DNA of 64,000 bases, from assembly GCA_963663275.1 (NCBI GenBank), contig OY760183.1, forward strand, positions 416,001 to 480,000. Reading direction: 5' to 3'. The position numbers and the translations under genes are program-made. This DNA is from Chloroflexota bacterium. Its GTDB lineage: Bacteria; Chloroflexota; UBA11872; VXOZ01. Each line of letters begins with the position of its first letter. Within the stretch, counting starts at the first letter, position 1. Of the stretch, positions 51,754-63,156 are shown piece by piece. The notes under the pieces are model-generated. The model saw only the letters and a program-made list of their open reading frames with translations, ran no database searches and was not told the origin of the DNA.

Positions 51754-51843
51754 GCATTTGTTGGACATATGCCTCACCCGGGTAAGCATATGCTAGGCAT
51801 ATCACGCAGATTCGTCAAGAAACCTGAGCAAAAGGAGAAGAAG

Positions 51844-52842
51844 ATGCTTAGGCAATTGGCTGGTACGACCGGACGGAGGGGCAGCGCCTGGACGGCGCGC
51901 CTCCGCGCCGCGGGAGTGGCTGCCCTGCTGGGGCTCCTGCTCGCCTTGGCGGCGGCCTGCGGCACCGCCGAGGAGACCGCTCCGGCGGAGCCGGAACCGC
52001 CCGCGGCCACCATCGTGGACATTGCCGTCGGCGATGGCCGCTTCGGGACTTTGGTAGCGGCCTTGCAGGCCGCCGACCTGGTGGAAACCCTGCAAGGTGA
52101 CGGTCCGTTTACCGTCTTCGCTCCCACGGACGACGCTTTCGCCAAGCTGCCCGAGGGCACCGTGGCGGCGCTCCTGGAGGACATCCCCGCTCTCACCGAC
52201 ATCCTCCTCTACCATGTCGTGGCCGGCGCCGTGATGGCGGCTGACGTCGTCAAACTCGACGCCGCCACCACCGTGCAGGGCGGCGCGGTAACGATCACCG
52301 TTGACGGCGACACCGTGCGCGTCAACGACGCCCAGGTCGTCATCACCGACATCCAGGCGTCCAACGGCGTTATCCACGTCATCGACACCGTGCTGCTGCC
52401 GCCTTCCGCCATGGCGGAACCGGAAGCGCCCGCGGCCACCATCGTGGACATTGCCGTCGGCGATGGCCGCTTCGAAACCCTGGTAGCGGCTCTGCAGGCC
52501 GCCGACCTGGTGGAAACCCTGCAAGGTGACGGTCCGTTTACCGTCTTCGCTCCCACGGACGACGCTTTCGCCAAGCTGCCCGAGGGCACGGTGGCCGCGC
52601 TCCTGGAAGACATCCCCGCTCTCACCGACATCCTCCTCTACCACGTCGTGGCCGGCGCCGTGATGGCAGCTGACGTCGTCAAACTCGACGCCGCCACCAC
52701 CGTGCAGGGCGGCGCGGTAACGATCACCGTTGACGGCGACACCGTGCGCGTCAACGACGCCCAGGTCGTCATCACCGACATCCAGGCCGCCAACGGCGTC
52801 ATCCACGTCATCGATGCCGTACTGCTGCCGCCGCAGGACTAA
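51844..52842 (+). CDS. Fasciclin (FAS1 x2) lipoprotein
   Basis: LAAAC lipobox; two copies of [34 protein letters not shown]; AAGGAG RBS. Confidence 0.93.
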   Translation: MLRQLAGTTGRRGSAWTARLRAAGVAALLGLLLALAAACGTAEETAPAEPEPPAATIVDIAVGDGRFGTLVAALQAADLVETLQGDGPFTVFAPTDDAFAKLPEGTVAALLEDIPALTDILLYHVVAGAVMAADVVKLDAATTVQGGAVTITVDGDTVRVNDAQVVITDIQASNGVIHVIDTVLLPPSAMAEPEAPAATIVDIAVGDGRFETLVAALQAADLVETLQGDGPFTVFAPTDDAFAKLPEGTVAALLEDIPALTDILLYHVVAGAVMAADVVKLDAATTVQGGAVTITVDGDTVRVNDAQVVITDIQAANGVIHVIDAVLLPPQD

Positions 52843-53007
52843 GCGGTAAGCAGGGCATAGATGGCAAGCGGGGTCTTCATTGAAGTCACGCTGCTTGGCC
52901 GGTCGTGCCGCACGCGCGGACGAGAGTGCGCCATGCGTTTCGACGCTCGTTCTCGTCTGCGCGCTGCGCGACCCTGGCGGTGGACGCTCTAAGGCGGACG
53001 CTCTGAT

Positions 53008-53036
53008 TTGACACTAGTATCAAACGTCTTTATACT
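53008..53036 (+). promoter_or_regulatory. Near-consensus sigma70 promoter
   Basis: TTGACA-17-TATACT. Confidence 0.65.
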
Positions 53037-53267
53037 ATAGAGGAAGTCTGGCATCCGCTATGACTCACGCAATCTCCCAGTACGAAGGCAGCCGCTTGCG
53101 CCTCCGCAAGCAACCCCCCAGCGACCGTATGAAGCCTCGCTTTGCGTTAAGATTCCGCGCCAGCGGACAGCCTTCACGCGCCGACCGCGTCGGCGAAAGG
53201 AGGAGTGGGCTCTAAGAATACGAGTTTCGCGCAGACTGTGTTTCGTGCAGACTGAAGGAGATAAGCA

Positions 53268-53483
53268 GTGGAAGCACTACAGTTGGTGGTACTCATCGTA
53301 GCGGCGGTCGGCGCCCTTAACTGGGGTCTGGTCGGCCTGGCGAAGATCGACCTGGTAGCCCTCATCGCCGGCGGCCTCAAGTTCGGCGAAGTGAACACCA
53401 TTTCCCGCGTGCTGTACATCGTGGTCGGCATCTGCGGCGTCCTCGCCGTCGTCTTGGAATTCATGGGCGACACCGCCGCGTAG
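53268..53483 (+). CDS. DUF378 small membrane protein
   Basis: VGALNWGLVG..DLVA...SRVLYIVVGICG; AAGGAG RBS. Confidence 0.88.
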   Translation: MEALQLVVLIVAAVGALNWGLVGLAKIDLVALIAGGLKFGEVNTISRVLYIVVGICGVLAVVLEFMGDTAA

Positions 53484-53808
53484 GCCGCGTTTGCCATTGC
53501 CTTAATGCCAGTAGGGGCGGTTCGCGAACCGCCCCTACGTGATTCAAGAGCCGCCCCTGCGCCACCCGCAAACCGCACCTGCGTCGCTCACGTAGTAGGG
53601 GCGGTTCGTGAACCGCCTCTACGTCATTCAAAGACCGTCCTTGCGCCATCCGCAGAACCGCCGTTGCGCGGCGCGGTCTTCAGTCCTGTGCCGCCGCGCC
53701 TGCGGCGGACCGCGCCCGCGCAACCGGCACAAGCAAAAGCGAGGATACACGCCGTGGCGTGTATCCTCGCTTCAATTTTCTCCACCTGTGGCCGCCGGCA
53801 GCCGTGTC

Positions 53809-54525
53809 TTATCCGCACTGCCACGCCGTCTGGATGTTCACCGCGCCCAGGTTCCAGTCCCGCATCTGCCAGGAATCTCCCACCCGCGCGAACGTGTATT
53901 GTTGGGCCGGATAGCCCACCACCGCGCGTGACGTCTGTTCGTCCTCGGTCGCCGCGCAGCTTAGGACGGCGTCGTATGTCCACGTTTCCGCGGTCTCCAC
54001 CACCACCTCATCGTCCCCGGAGACGCTCAGCACGGCGCACGTGCTCACATCCTGCGCCACGCCTGTAATCCGGGCGACGCTATAGGTATCGGTGGTCTTT
54101 TGGAGCAGGGACGTAGCCGCCGATTCGGCGCGCGCCGCCATCTCGCCCCACGCGGCGCTCAGTTGCGCCGCGTTCGTTTCGCCCCGCATGAAAGCCGATT
54201 GGGCCTGGTTGGCGGCGCTGATCGCGGCGCTCAGCGCGGGCGTGCACGGGGCGCCGGCCGCCAGCGCGGGCGCCGGCATCGGCTCCGGCAGCGGCGTAGC
54301 CGTCGGCAGCGGGGTGGGAACCGGCGTAGGCGCCGGCGCCGGCATGGGCGTGGGAGAGGCGATCATGGCCGGTGTTGCCTGCGCCTCCTCCTGGGGCATT
54401 GGCGTCGGCTCCGCGGCCTCCTCGCTGCCGGGATCCGTCACGCGCAGCGCCACCACGGTACCCGCCACCACCAGCAGCACAACCAACACCGCAATGAGGA
54501 ACCCTATCACCCGTGACCCGCTCAT
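53809..54525 (-). CDS. Membrane-anchored Pro-rich protein with C-terminal NTF2-like domain
   Basis: N-terminal TM, PTP linker, VETAETW..QYTF..W; AGGAG RBS. Confidence 0.6.
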   Translation of the reverse strand: MSGSRVIGFLIAVLVVLLVVAGTVVALRVTDPGSEEAAEPTPMPQEEAQATPAMIASPTPMPAPAPTPVPTPLPTATPLPEPMPAPALAAGAPCTPALSAAISAANQAQSAFMRGETNAAQLSAAWGEMAARAESAATSLLQKTTDTYSVARITGVAQDVSTCAVLSVSGDDEVVVETAETWTYDAVLSCAATEDEQTSRAVVGYPAQQYTFARVGDSWQMRDWNLGAVNIQTAWQCG

Positions 54526-54639
54526 TGGCACACTCCTATCTGCAAACGCTTTCCTCACATACTACCCTTAATGCCCAGCGCGTGCACCCGTCAGGGGCAA
54601 CAGCATCGGTGCAAGGTGCTATAATGAAGGTGTTTGCGG

Positions 54640-54683
54640 GAAGTGGGGCACGCCCCGCGCAGGTGGGTCGCCCACTTCTTCTT
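54640..54683 (+). promoter_or_regulatory. nusA-operon (rimP-leader-like) hairpin
   Basis: GAAGTGGG...CCCACTTC-TTCTT stem downstream of TGCTATAAT extended -10. Confidence 0.55.
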
Positions 54684-54735
54684 AATTCCTGGCGGCTGCC
54701 CGGGTAGATGTTGGCAGCAGGGGAAGGTATCGCGC

Positions 54736-55971
54736 ATGAAGAGCGATTTTGTTTCGGCAATCGCGCAGATTGCCAGTGAAAAAGGCCTCAATCAAGAAGA
54801 CGTCATTAGCGCGCTGGAGACCGCAATCCTCTCCGCGTACCGCAAAGTCAGCGGCGATCCGGTGCCCAACGCCGTCGCATACTTCGACGCGCAATCCGGC
54901 GAATCGAAGATCTACGCCCCCAAAGTGGTGGTGGAAAGCGTCGAAGACCGCGAGACCGAAATCAGCGTGGCCGACGCCCAGGCCATCGACCCGGAGGCGG
55001 AACCCGGCGACGAAATAGAGGTGGAAATTACCCCGCCCAACGTAGGGCGCATTGCCGCCCAGGCCGCAAGGCAGGTGCTGCTCCAATCCTTGCGCGAAAA
55101 GGAGCGCGACCACGTCTACGACGACTTCATCGACCGCGTGGGCGAAATCGTCAGCGGACGGGTGCAGCGCGTGGACAATCGCGGCGTGGTGCTGGACTTC
55201 GGCCGCGCCGAAGCCCTGATGTCTTCCGCCGACATGGTGCCCGGCGAACGCGACCGCTACCGCCTGGGCCAACGCCTGCGCGCCTACATCGCGGAAGTGC
55301 GCAAAGACCTGAAAGGGCCCGTGGTGCGCGTCTCACGCGCCCACAAGGACTTCATCCGCCGCCTCATCGAGCAGGAAGTGCCCGAAGTGCAGAGCGGCAC
55401 CGTGGAAATCAAGGAAATTGCCCGCGACCCGGGTTCGCGCACCAAGGTCGCCGTCGCCGCCACCCAGGAGGGCCTCGACCCCGTAGGCTCCTGCGTCGGC
55501 ATGAGAGGCACGCGCATCCAGAACGTGCTCCGCGAACTTGGCAACGAGAAAGTGGAGATCATCGAGTGGAGCGAGGATACCGCCACCTTCATCAAGAACG
55601 CCCTCTCGCCCGCGGAAATCCAACGGGTGGAACTCATCGAGGTGGACGAGCAACAGGTAGCCTCCGTGCACGTGGCCGCGGACATGGTCTCGCTGGCTAT
55701 CGGCCGCGACGGCCAGAACACGCGCCTGGCCAACCGGCTCACCGGCTGGAAGATCAACATCCGCTCGCTGGAAGAAGAGCAAGAAGCCGCCGAACACAGC
55801 GCGGCCCAGCCGGAAGACGCCCCGTCAGCGGCGCAGCCGGAACCGCCGCAGCCGGAAGCCACGGCGTCCGCGCCGCAAGCGTCGGCGCCGCAGGCGGACG
55901 CGCAGGACGAGGACGGCTTGGCCGAAGTCGCGGAACCCCTCAGCACAGAGGAGTCCACGGGCGGCGGCTAG
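54736..55971 (+). CDS. nusA: Transcription factor NusA
   Basis: GRIAAQAARQ, S1, ARDPGSRTKVAV, DPVGSCVG, AIGRDGQN. Confidence 0.96.
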   Translation: MKSDFVSAIAQIASEKGLNQEDVISALETAILSAYRKVSGDPVPNAVAYFDAQSGESKIYAPKVVVESVEDRETEISVADAQAIDPEAEPGDEIEVEITPPNVGRIAAQAARQVLLQSLREKERDHVYDDFIDRVGEIVSGRVQRVDNRGVVLDFGRAEALMSSADMVPGERDRYRLGQRLRAYIAEVRKDLKGPVVRVSRAHKDFIRRLIEQEVPEVQSGTVEIKEIARDPGSRTKVAVAATQEGLDPVGSCVGMRGTRIQNVLRELGNEKVEIIEWSEDTATFIKNALSPAEIQRVELIEVDEQQVASVHVAADMVSLAIGRDGQNTRLANRLTGWKINIRSLEEEQEAAEHSAAQPEDAPSAAQPEPPQPEATASAPQASAPQADAQDEDGLAEVAEPLSTEESTGGG

Positions 55972-56052
55972 CGTTGCGCGCAGTTCGCGGCCAACGCACC
56001 GTCCGCGAACGCCGCGCGGCGCGGGCCTGGCGGAAGGGAGCGCGGGTGACCC

Positions 56053-56421
56053 ATGGGCGCGCCACAGGCAAAACACGTGCCGCTGCGCACCTGCATCGGC
56101 TGCCGCGCCACAAAGCCCAAGGCGGCGCTGGTGCGCATCGTGCGCGCGGCGGACGGGCAGGCGCGCATTGACGAAACGGGCAATGCAGGCGGCCGCGGCG
56201 CGTACTGCTGCCCCGACGCCGCCTGCGCCGACCGAGCGCTGCAAGCCGGTGCGCTCAACCGGGCGCTGCGGACGAACGTGAACGCGGCGGCGCGCGCGGA
56301 ACTGCGGGCGTGGGCCGCGGGCCTGCGGGCGCCGGACGACCCGGCCGCGGTAGACGGCCAACGACGTCTTCCTTCCCCGGCTCACCGCAGCGGGAGGGGC
56401 ACAAAACGCGAGAGGTGGTAG
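56053..56421 (+). CDS. ylxR: YlxR (DUF448) RNA-binding protein
   Basis: HVPLRTCIGCR..K..LVRIV..GRGAY; position after nusA. Confidence 0.88.
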   Translation: MGAPQAKHVPLRTCIGCRATKPKAALVRIVRAADGQARIDETGNAGGRGAYCCPDAACADRALQAGALNRALRTNVNAAARAELRAWAAGLRAPDDPAAVDGQRRLPSPAHRSGRGTKRERW

Positions 56422-56425
56422 AACC

Positions 56426-58354
<1,929 letters not shown>

Positions 58355-58388
58355 CGCCGCCGCGCGCCCGCACTCCGCGCCCGTGAAG

Positions 58389-58528
58389 GAGTCCTTTGCA
58401 TAACTCCGTCATTCCGGCGAAAGCCGGAATCCAGACCGCATTTACAACTAAAAGCGCATTGCTTTCAATCCTTTTCACCCCCATCCCAACCTTCCCCCTC
58501 AATGGGGAAGGGGCTATGCAAAGGTCTC
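58389..58528. mobile_element. MITE family B (140 bp) between infB and rbfA
   Basis: GAGTCCTTTGCATAAC / GCTATGCAAAGGTCTC; CGTGAAG on both sides. Confidence 0.85.
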
Positions 58529-58546
58529 CGTGAAGGGAGCATCCAC

Positions 58547-58957
58547 GTGGATCTGCGAAAACTGGAACGCTCTACCGCCCTGCTGCGCGAGGAACTGACC
58601 GACATTCTGCGCGCCGACGTGCGCGATCCCCGCCTGCACACGGTGACGGTCTCGGCGGTGCGCCTGTCCCGCGATCGACGCTTCGCCCGCGTCTACGTGA
58701 GCCTGGCGGAAGGCGAGGAGGCGGAGGAGCAGGCGGTGCTGGCCGCCCTGCGCCGCGCCGCCGGTTTCGTGCGCCGCTGCCTGGCGCAACGGCTGACCTG
58801 GTATAAAGCGCCGGAGATTACCTTTCACCTCGACGAGGGCATGAAAGAGGGCGATCGCGTGCTGGCCCTCTTCCGCGACATCGAGACGGAGTCAGGCGCG
58901 GAGGCAAGCGCGGCGGAACCGGCCGGCGAGCGCGCCGGGGAGCGCCCTCCCCGGTGA
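58547..58957 (+). CDS. rbfA: Ribosome-binding factor A
   Basis: DVRDPRL..VTV..V.LS.D..ARVYVS..GFVR..PEITF.LD. Confidence 0.92.
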   Translation: MDLRKLERSTALLREELTDILRADVRDPRLHTVTVSAVRLSRDRRFARVYVSLAEGEEAEEQAVLAALRRAAGFVRRCLAQRLTWYKAPEITFHLDEGMKEGDRVLALFRDIETESGAEASAAEPAGERAGERPPR

Positions 58958-60042
58958 TGGATACGCCCCCGCCGCCCGCGACGCGCCCCGCGCCGCCGGC
59001 GCGGTCTCCGGCCGCGAGCGCCCCGGCTCGTGAGGAAGACCGAAACGCGGCAATTCCCGTTGACGAGTGGGAGCGGGCCTCTGCGCTCACGCTGGCCGCG
59101 CGGCGCGTCGTCCTCACCACCCACGCCGGCCCCGACGGCGACGGCATCGGCAGCATGGTCGGCCTCTACATCGCGCTGCGCGCCATGGGCAAGACGGCGG
59201 CCATGGTCTGCGCCGATCCGGCGCCGCCAGACCTTACATTCGTGCCGCACTCGGACGAAGTCCAGGCGCTGCACCAACTTGATGCGCTCCCGTTCTTGCC
59301 GGACCTCTGCATCGTATGCGACGCTGCGAGCTTGGAGCGCCTCGGCGCGGTGTATGCCGAGAGTGAGCACCACTTTGCGGCGCTGCCTATCCTCAACCTC
59401 GACCACCACCAGACGAATACGCGCTTTGGGCAGGTCAACCTCGTAGACACTGCCGCGGCTGCCACCGCCGAGATCGTGCACGCGTTCCTGGAACGGTTGC
59501 AAGTCGAACCCACGCGGGAAGCAGCCACGGCGCTGATGACGGGGCTGGTTACCGACACGCTGGGGTTTCGTACCGACAGTGTCACGCCGCGCACGCTCGT
59601 CTTAGCCGCGCACCTGCTTGAACACGGCGCGCCGCTGGAAGAGATTAACCATAGGGTCTTCCACGCCACGCGCTTTGAGAAACTGAAGCTCTGGGGCTAC
59701 GGCCTTGCCAACCTGCAACGCAGCGAGGATGGACGCATCGTTTGGGTGCAACTTCCGCGCGAAGTGCGCAGAGAACTGGGGGCCAAGGAGACCGACTTGA
59801 TGGGACTGGCCTCCTTAATCGAGGGTATTGAAGGCGCGGATGTTGTCATCCTCGCTTGGGACAAGCGGAAGGACCCGCTGCGTACGGGCATTTCCCTACG
59901 GTCGCGCACGGTGGACGTGGCAGCCATCGCCCAAACGCTTGGCGGCGGTGGCCATACCGGCGCCGCCGGCGCGCTCCTCAACGAGCCGCTGGACGCGGGC
60001 CTGGCCAAAGCCCTGGCCGCCGCCCAGGCGGGTCTCCACTAG
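58954..60042 (+). CDS. nrnA: DHH/DHHA1 oligoribonuclease/PAP phosphatase
   Basis: HAGPDGDGIGS, LDHH, TDTLGF, SLRS, GGGGH. Confidence 0.88.
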   Translation: MMDTPPPPATRPAPPARSPAASAPAREEDRNAAIPVDEWERASALTLAARRVVLTTHAGPDGDGIGSMVGLYIALRAMGKTAAMVCADPAPPDLTFVPHSDEVQALHQLDALPFLPDLCIVCDAASLERLGAVYAESEHHFAALPILNLDHHQTNTRFGQVNLVDTAAAATAEIVHAFLERLQVEPTREAATALMTGLVTDTLGFRTDSVTPRTLVLAAHLLEHGAPLEEINHRVFHATRFEKLKLWGYGLANLQRSEDGRIVWVQLPREVRRELGAKETDLMGLASLIEGIEGADVVILAWDKRKDPLRTGISLRSRTVDVAAIAQTLGGGGHTGAAGALLNEPLDAGLAKALAAAQAGLH

Positions 60043-60160
60043 CCCGCGCGGGGCAACTGATTCAGGGCAAGAGTTCCCTCTCCCACATGAGACCTTCGGG
60101 CAACTTCGCTGAGAAGAGAATAGTCCTCTCTCACCTGGGGCAAAGTGGCCGATGAAGCCC

Positions 60161-60297
60161 AGCGCGCGTGTCTTATCCCCTCTCCCATGGGAGAGCGTGA
60201 GCGCGCGTGTCTTATCCCCTCTCCCATGGGAGAGCGTGAGCGTGCGTGTCTTATCCCCTCTCCCTCAGGGAGAGGGTTAGGGTGAGGGTGAGGGTGA
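60161..60297. repeat. Tandem 39-bp units with CCCTCTCCC-GGGAGAG hairpin
   Basis: Three units GCGCGCGTGTCTTATCCCCTCTCCC... Confidence 0.85.
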
Positions 60298-60307
60298 ACG
60301 CTGCGCC

Positions 60308-61198
60308 ATGCGCCACGGCTTTCTCAACATCGCCAAACCGAGCGGCGTCACCTCCCACGACGTCGTGAACGCCGTCCGCCGCCTGCTGGGGCAACGGCGC
60401 GTGGGGCACGCCGGCACGCTGGATCCGCCGGCGCGGGGCGTGCTGGTTGTCGGCGTGGGGCACGGCACGCGCCTCATCGAGTATCTCGCCGCCACGCGCA
60501 AGACCTACCGCGCCACCGTCCTGCTCGGCCGGACCACGACCACCGACGACGGCGCGGGCGACCTGCTGGAAGAACGGCCGGTCGCCGTGGACGCCGCGGC
60601 CGCGCGCGCGGCCTTAAGCCAATTCACCGGCACGCTGGCGCAGGTACCGCCCGCGTTCGCCGCCGTGCGCGTCCAGGGCCAGCGCGCCTACGCCCGGGCG
60701 CGGCGCGGCGAGACGGTAACGCTCGCGCCGCGCCCGGTGACGATCTATCGCCTCGACGCCGTGGACGTAACACTCCCGCGGCTTACCCTGGAGGTGGAGT
60801 GTTCCACCGGCACCTATATTCGCGCCCTGGCGCGGGATCTGGGCGCGGCCCTGGGCTGCGGCGGACACCTGGAATCTCTCACGCGCACGCGGGTTGGCGC
60901 GTTTTCGCTGGAGGAGGCCGTGCCGCTCCACCAACTGGCAGGCCGCGCGGCGGACCGGAATTGGGAAACCGCGCTGCTGCCCCTGGATTGGCCCCTGCGC
61001 CACTGGCCGGAGCGCCGCCTGAGCGCCGACGAGACGGCGCGGGTGCTGAACGGCATGAGCGTCGCCGCCAGCGGCGCGCCTCCCGCCGGGCAATTCGCCC
61101 GCGCCTACGACCCGCAGGGACGCTTGCTCGCGGTGCTGCGGGCCGTAGACGCCGCTCCGCTCTGGCAGCCGGTGAAAGTCTTTCGCTATAATCCATGA
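60308..61198 (+). CDS. truB: tRNA pseudouridine-55 synthase
   Basis: KPSGVTSHDVV, VGHAGTLDP, CSTGTYIRALARD. Confidence 0.95.
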   Translation: MRHGFLNIAKPSGVTSHDVVNAVRRLLGQRRVGHAGTLDPPARGVLVVGVGHGTRLIEYLAATRKTYRATVLLGRTTTTDDGAGDLLEERPVAVDAAAARAALSQFTGTLAQVPPAFAAVRVQGQRAYARARRGETVTLAPRPVTIYRLDAVDVTLPRLTLEVECSTGTYIRALARDLGAALGCGGHLESLTRTRVGAFSLEEAVPLHQLAGRAADRNWETALLPLDWPLRHWPERRLSADETARVLNGMSVAASGAPPAGQFARAYDPQGRLLAVLRAVDAAPLWQPVKVFRYNP

Positions 61199-61309
61199 TG
61201 ATGCGCGTAGCGATGGCGGGCACGACAGCAGGTTTGCTTTGCAGAGCGGGAGCGACGGCGGCACAGGACGCGGAGGCGGGGGACAAGCCCCCGCGCTACA
61301 GTGTGAACC

Positions 61310-61551
61310 GCGTAACGAGGGGTGCGCATCGCTGCCATCCGTCCGGTAGCGCAGGTTTGCAACCTGCGCCGTTTCACAGTGGTGTGTGATCGGCGTAACG
61401 AGGTCTGCGCATCGCCGCCATGTGTCCGGTAGCGCAGGTTTGCAACCTGCGCCGTTTCACAGTGGTGTGTGATCGGCGTAACGAGGTCTGCGCATCCCCG
61501 CCATGTGTCCGGTAGCGCAGGTTTGCAACCTGCGCCGTTTCGCAGTGGTGT
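61310..61551. repeat. Tandem 83-bp units each with GTAGCGCAGGTTTGCAACCTGCGC REP
   Basis: GTAG at 61346, 61429 and 61512. Confidence 0.88.
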
Positions 61552-61646
61552 CGGAGGAGCGCGGCAGTACGGTTACTCCTCATGACAAAGAAGCCGCGCC
61601 GCTAGTCGCCTGAGTATGCAGGCAGAGGCAAGGATAGGCAACCGCC

Positions 61647-62606
61647 GTGGAGGTTTTTCGCCGAGACCCGGAGACGCTTGAGTCCGACCGTCCCACTGTG
61701 CTCACCATCGGCAAGTTCGACGGCATTCACCGGGGCCACCGGCAGGTGCTGGAGGCCGTGGCGGCGCGGGCGCGGGCGCGTGGCTGGCAGTCCGCCGTCA
61801 TCATCCTCTGGCCGCCGCCGCCGGAAGTGCTGCGGCCCGGCGCGCGCATACCCCGCCTCTCCACGCTGGCCGAGCGGGAAGCCGCCATCGCCGCCAGCGG
61901 CATCGACCTGCTCATCCTCTGGCCCTTTACGCTCGCGCTCTCGCGCCTGACGCCCCGCGACTTCATGCAGGTCTTGCGCGACCGCCTCGACCTGCGCCTG
62001 CTCGTGGTCGGCAGCAACTTCGCCCTGGGCCACCGCCGCAGCGGCACGCCAGATGTCTTAAAGAAGCTAGGGAACGAACTGAGTTTCGAACTAATCGTCT
62101 CGCCGCCGTACGTGCACGAGGGGCAGGCCGTCAGCAGTTCGGTGATTCGCGAGTGCCTGTCTACCGGCGACGTAACGCAGGCGGCACGCCTGCTCGGCCG
62201 CTGGCCGACCCTCACCGGCACGGTGGCCCGCGGCGCGGGACGCGGCAAAGACCTGGGCTTCCCCACGGCCAATCTCCACCTCGCCGAGCCGCTCGCCGTG
62301 CCCGCCCACGGCATCTACGCTACCTATACAACAGTCGCGCCGGACGGCAAGGCCGAGGCACACCGGTCGGTCACCAGCATCGGCGTGCGCCCGACTTTCA
62401 ACGACACGAATGAACGGACCATCGAGACTTATCTGCTGGACTACGACGCCGACCTCTACGGCCAAACCCTCCGCCTGCACTTCGTGGAAAAGCTGCGCGA
62501 CGAACTGAAATTCAACTCCGCCGCGGCTCTGATCGCCCAAATGGAGCGGGACGTGGCCCACGCGGAAACCGTGCTCGCGCAACACCCGCTGCCGCGGCAA
62601 CGCTGA
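61647..62606 (+). CDS. ribF: Bifunctional riboflavin kinase/FAD synthetase
   Basis: IGKFDGIHRGH, VSSSVIR, LGFPTAN, GVRPTF, LRDELKF. Confidence 0.95.
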   Translation: MEVFRRDPETLESDRPTVLTIGKFDGIHRGHRQVLEAVAARARARGWQSAVIILWPPPPEVLRPGARIPRLSTLAEREAAIAASGIDLLILWPFTLALSRLTPRDFMQVLRDRLDLRLLVVGSNFALGHRRSGTPDVLKKLGNELSFELIVSPPYVHEGQAVSSSVIRECLSTGDVTQAARLLGRWPTLTGTVARGAGRGKDLGFPTANLHLAEPLAVPAHGIYATYTTVAPDGKAEAHRSVTSIGVRPTFNDTNERTIETYLLDYDADLYGQTLRLHFVEKLRDELKFNSAAALIAQMERDVAHAETVLAQHPLPRQR

Positions 62607-63156
62607 CCGTTGACCAGACGTCACCTATATTTCACGTCATTCCGAGCGCAGCGAGGAATCCAGGGCCCGTGCCACACGTCGCCCAAGAGGCTCAACATCT
62701 TAGATTCCTCTCTTCGTTGCGCTTCGTTCGGAATGACATGTTCGCGGGCGGTGCGCGGTACTGAAACACCTTGTTCAATCCACTAAATCTGTCAACGAGT
62801 TACCTGACATTTACAATTCCAAGCGCAGCGAAGAATCTAAAGCGTGCGCTTATTTCAAAGGAGCCGCCCTCGCTCCTTCACCAATTCGCTCCTCAGAACT
62901 ACGTCCAAGGCGTAGCGCGGGGGCTTGTCCCCAATACTGTCGCACTAACGTAGCGCGGGGGCTTGTCCCCCGCCAGAGCAAGCAAAGGGAGAACGGAATG
63001 GATTGACCCTACGGAAGACGCAGGTTACAAACCTGCGCTACCGGAGAAACGAGCGTTGTTTTCACTCTCATTGTGTTTAATGCGACAGCATTGGGGCTTG
63101 TCCCCCGCTGCTTGCTATCATTGAAGTGTGGAGTCCCACGGAAGGTAGCAACGCGC

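Noticed and set aside
51700-51760. Canonical CarH 11-bp direct-repeat operator
   Set aside because: TGTATA copies are 23 bp apart without a clean 11-bp phase; an inverted repeat fits the XRE HTH better
61310-61551. Possible CRISPR or ncRNA between truB and ribF
   Set aside because: Whole 83-bp unit is repeated and is built on a GTAG REP also seen at 33062 and 63020
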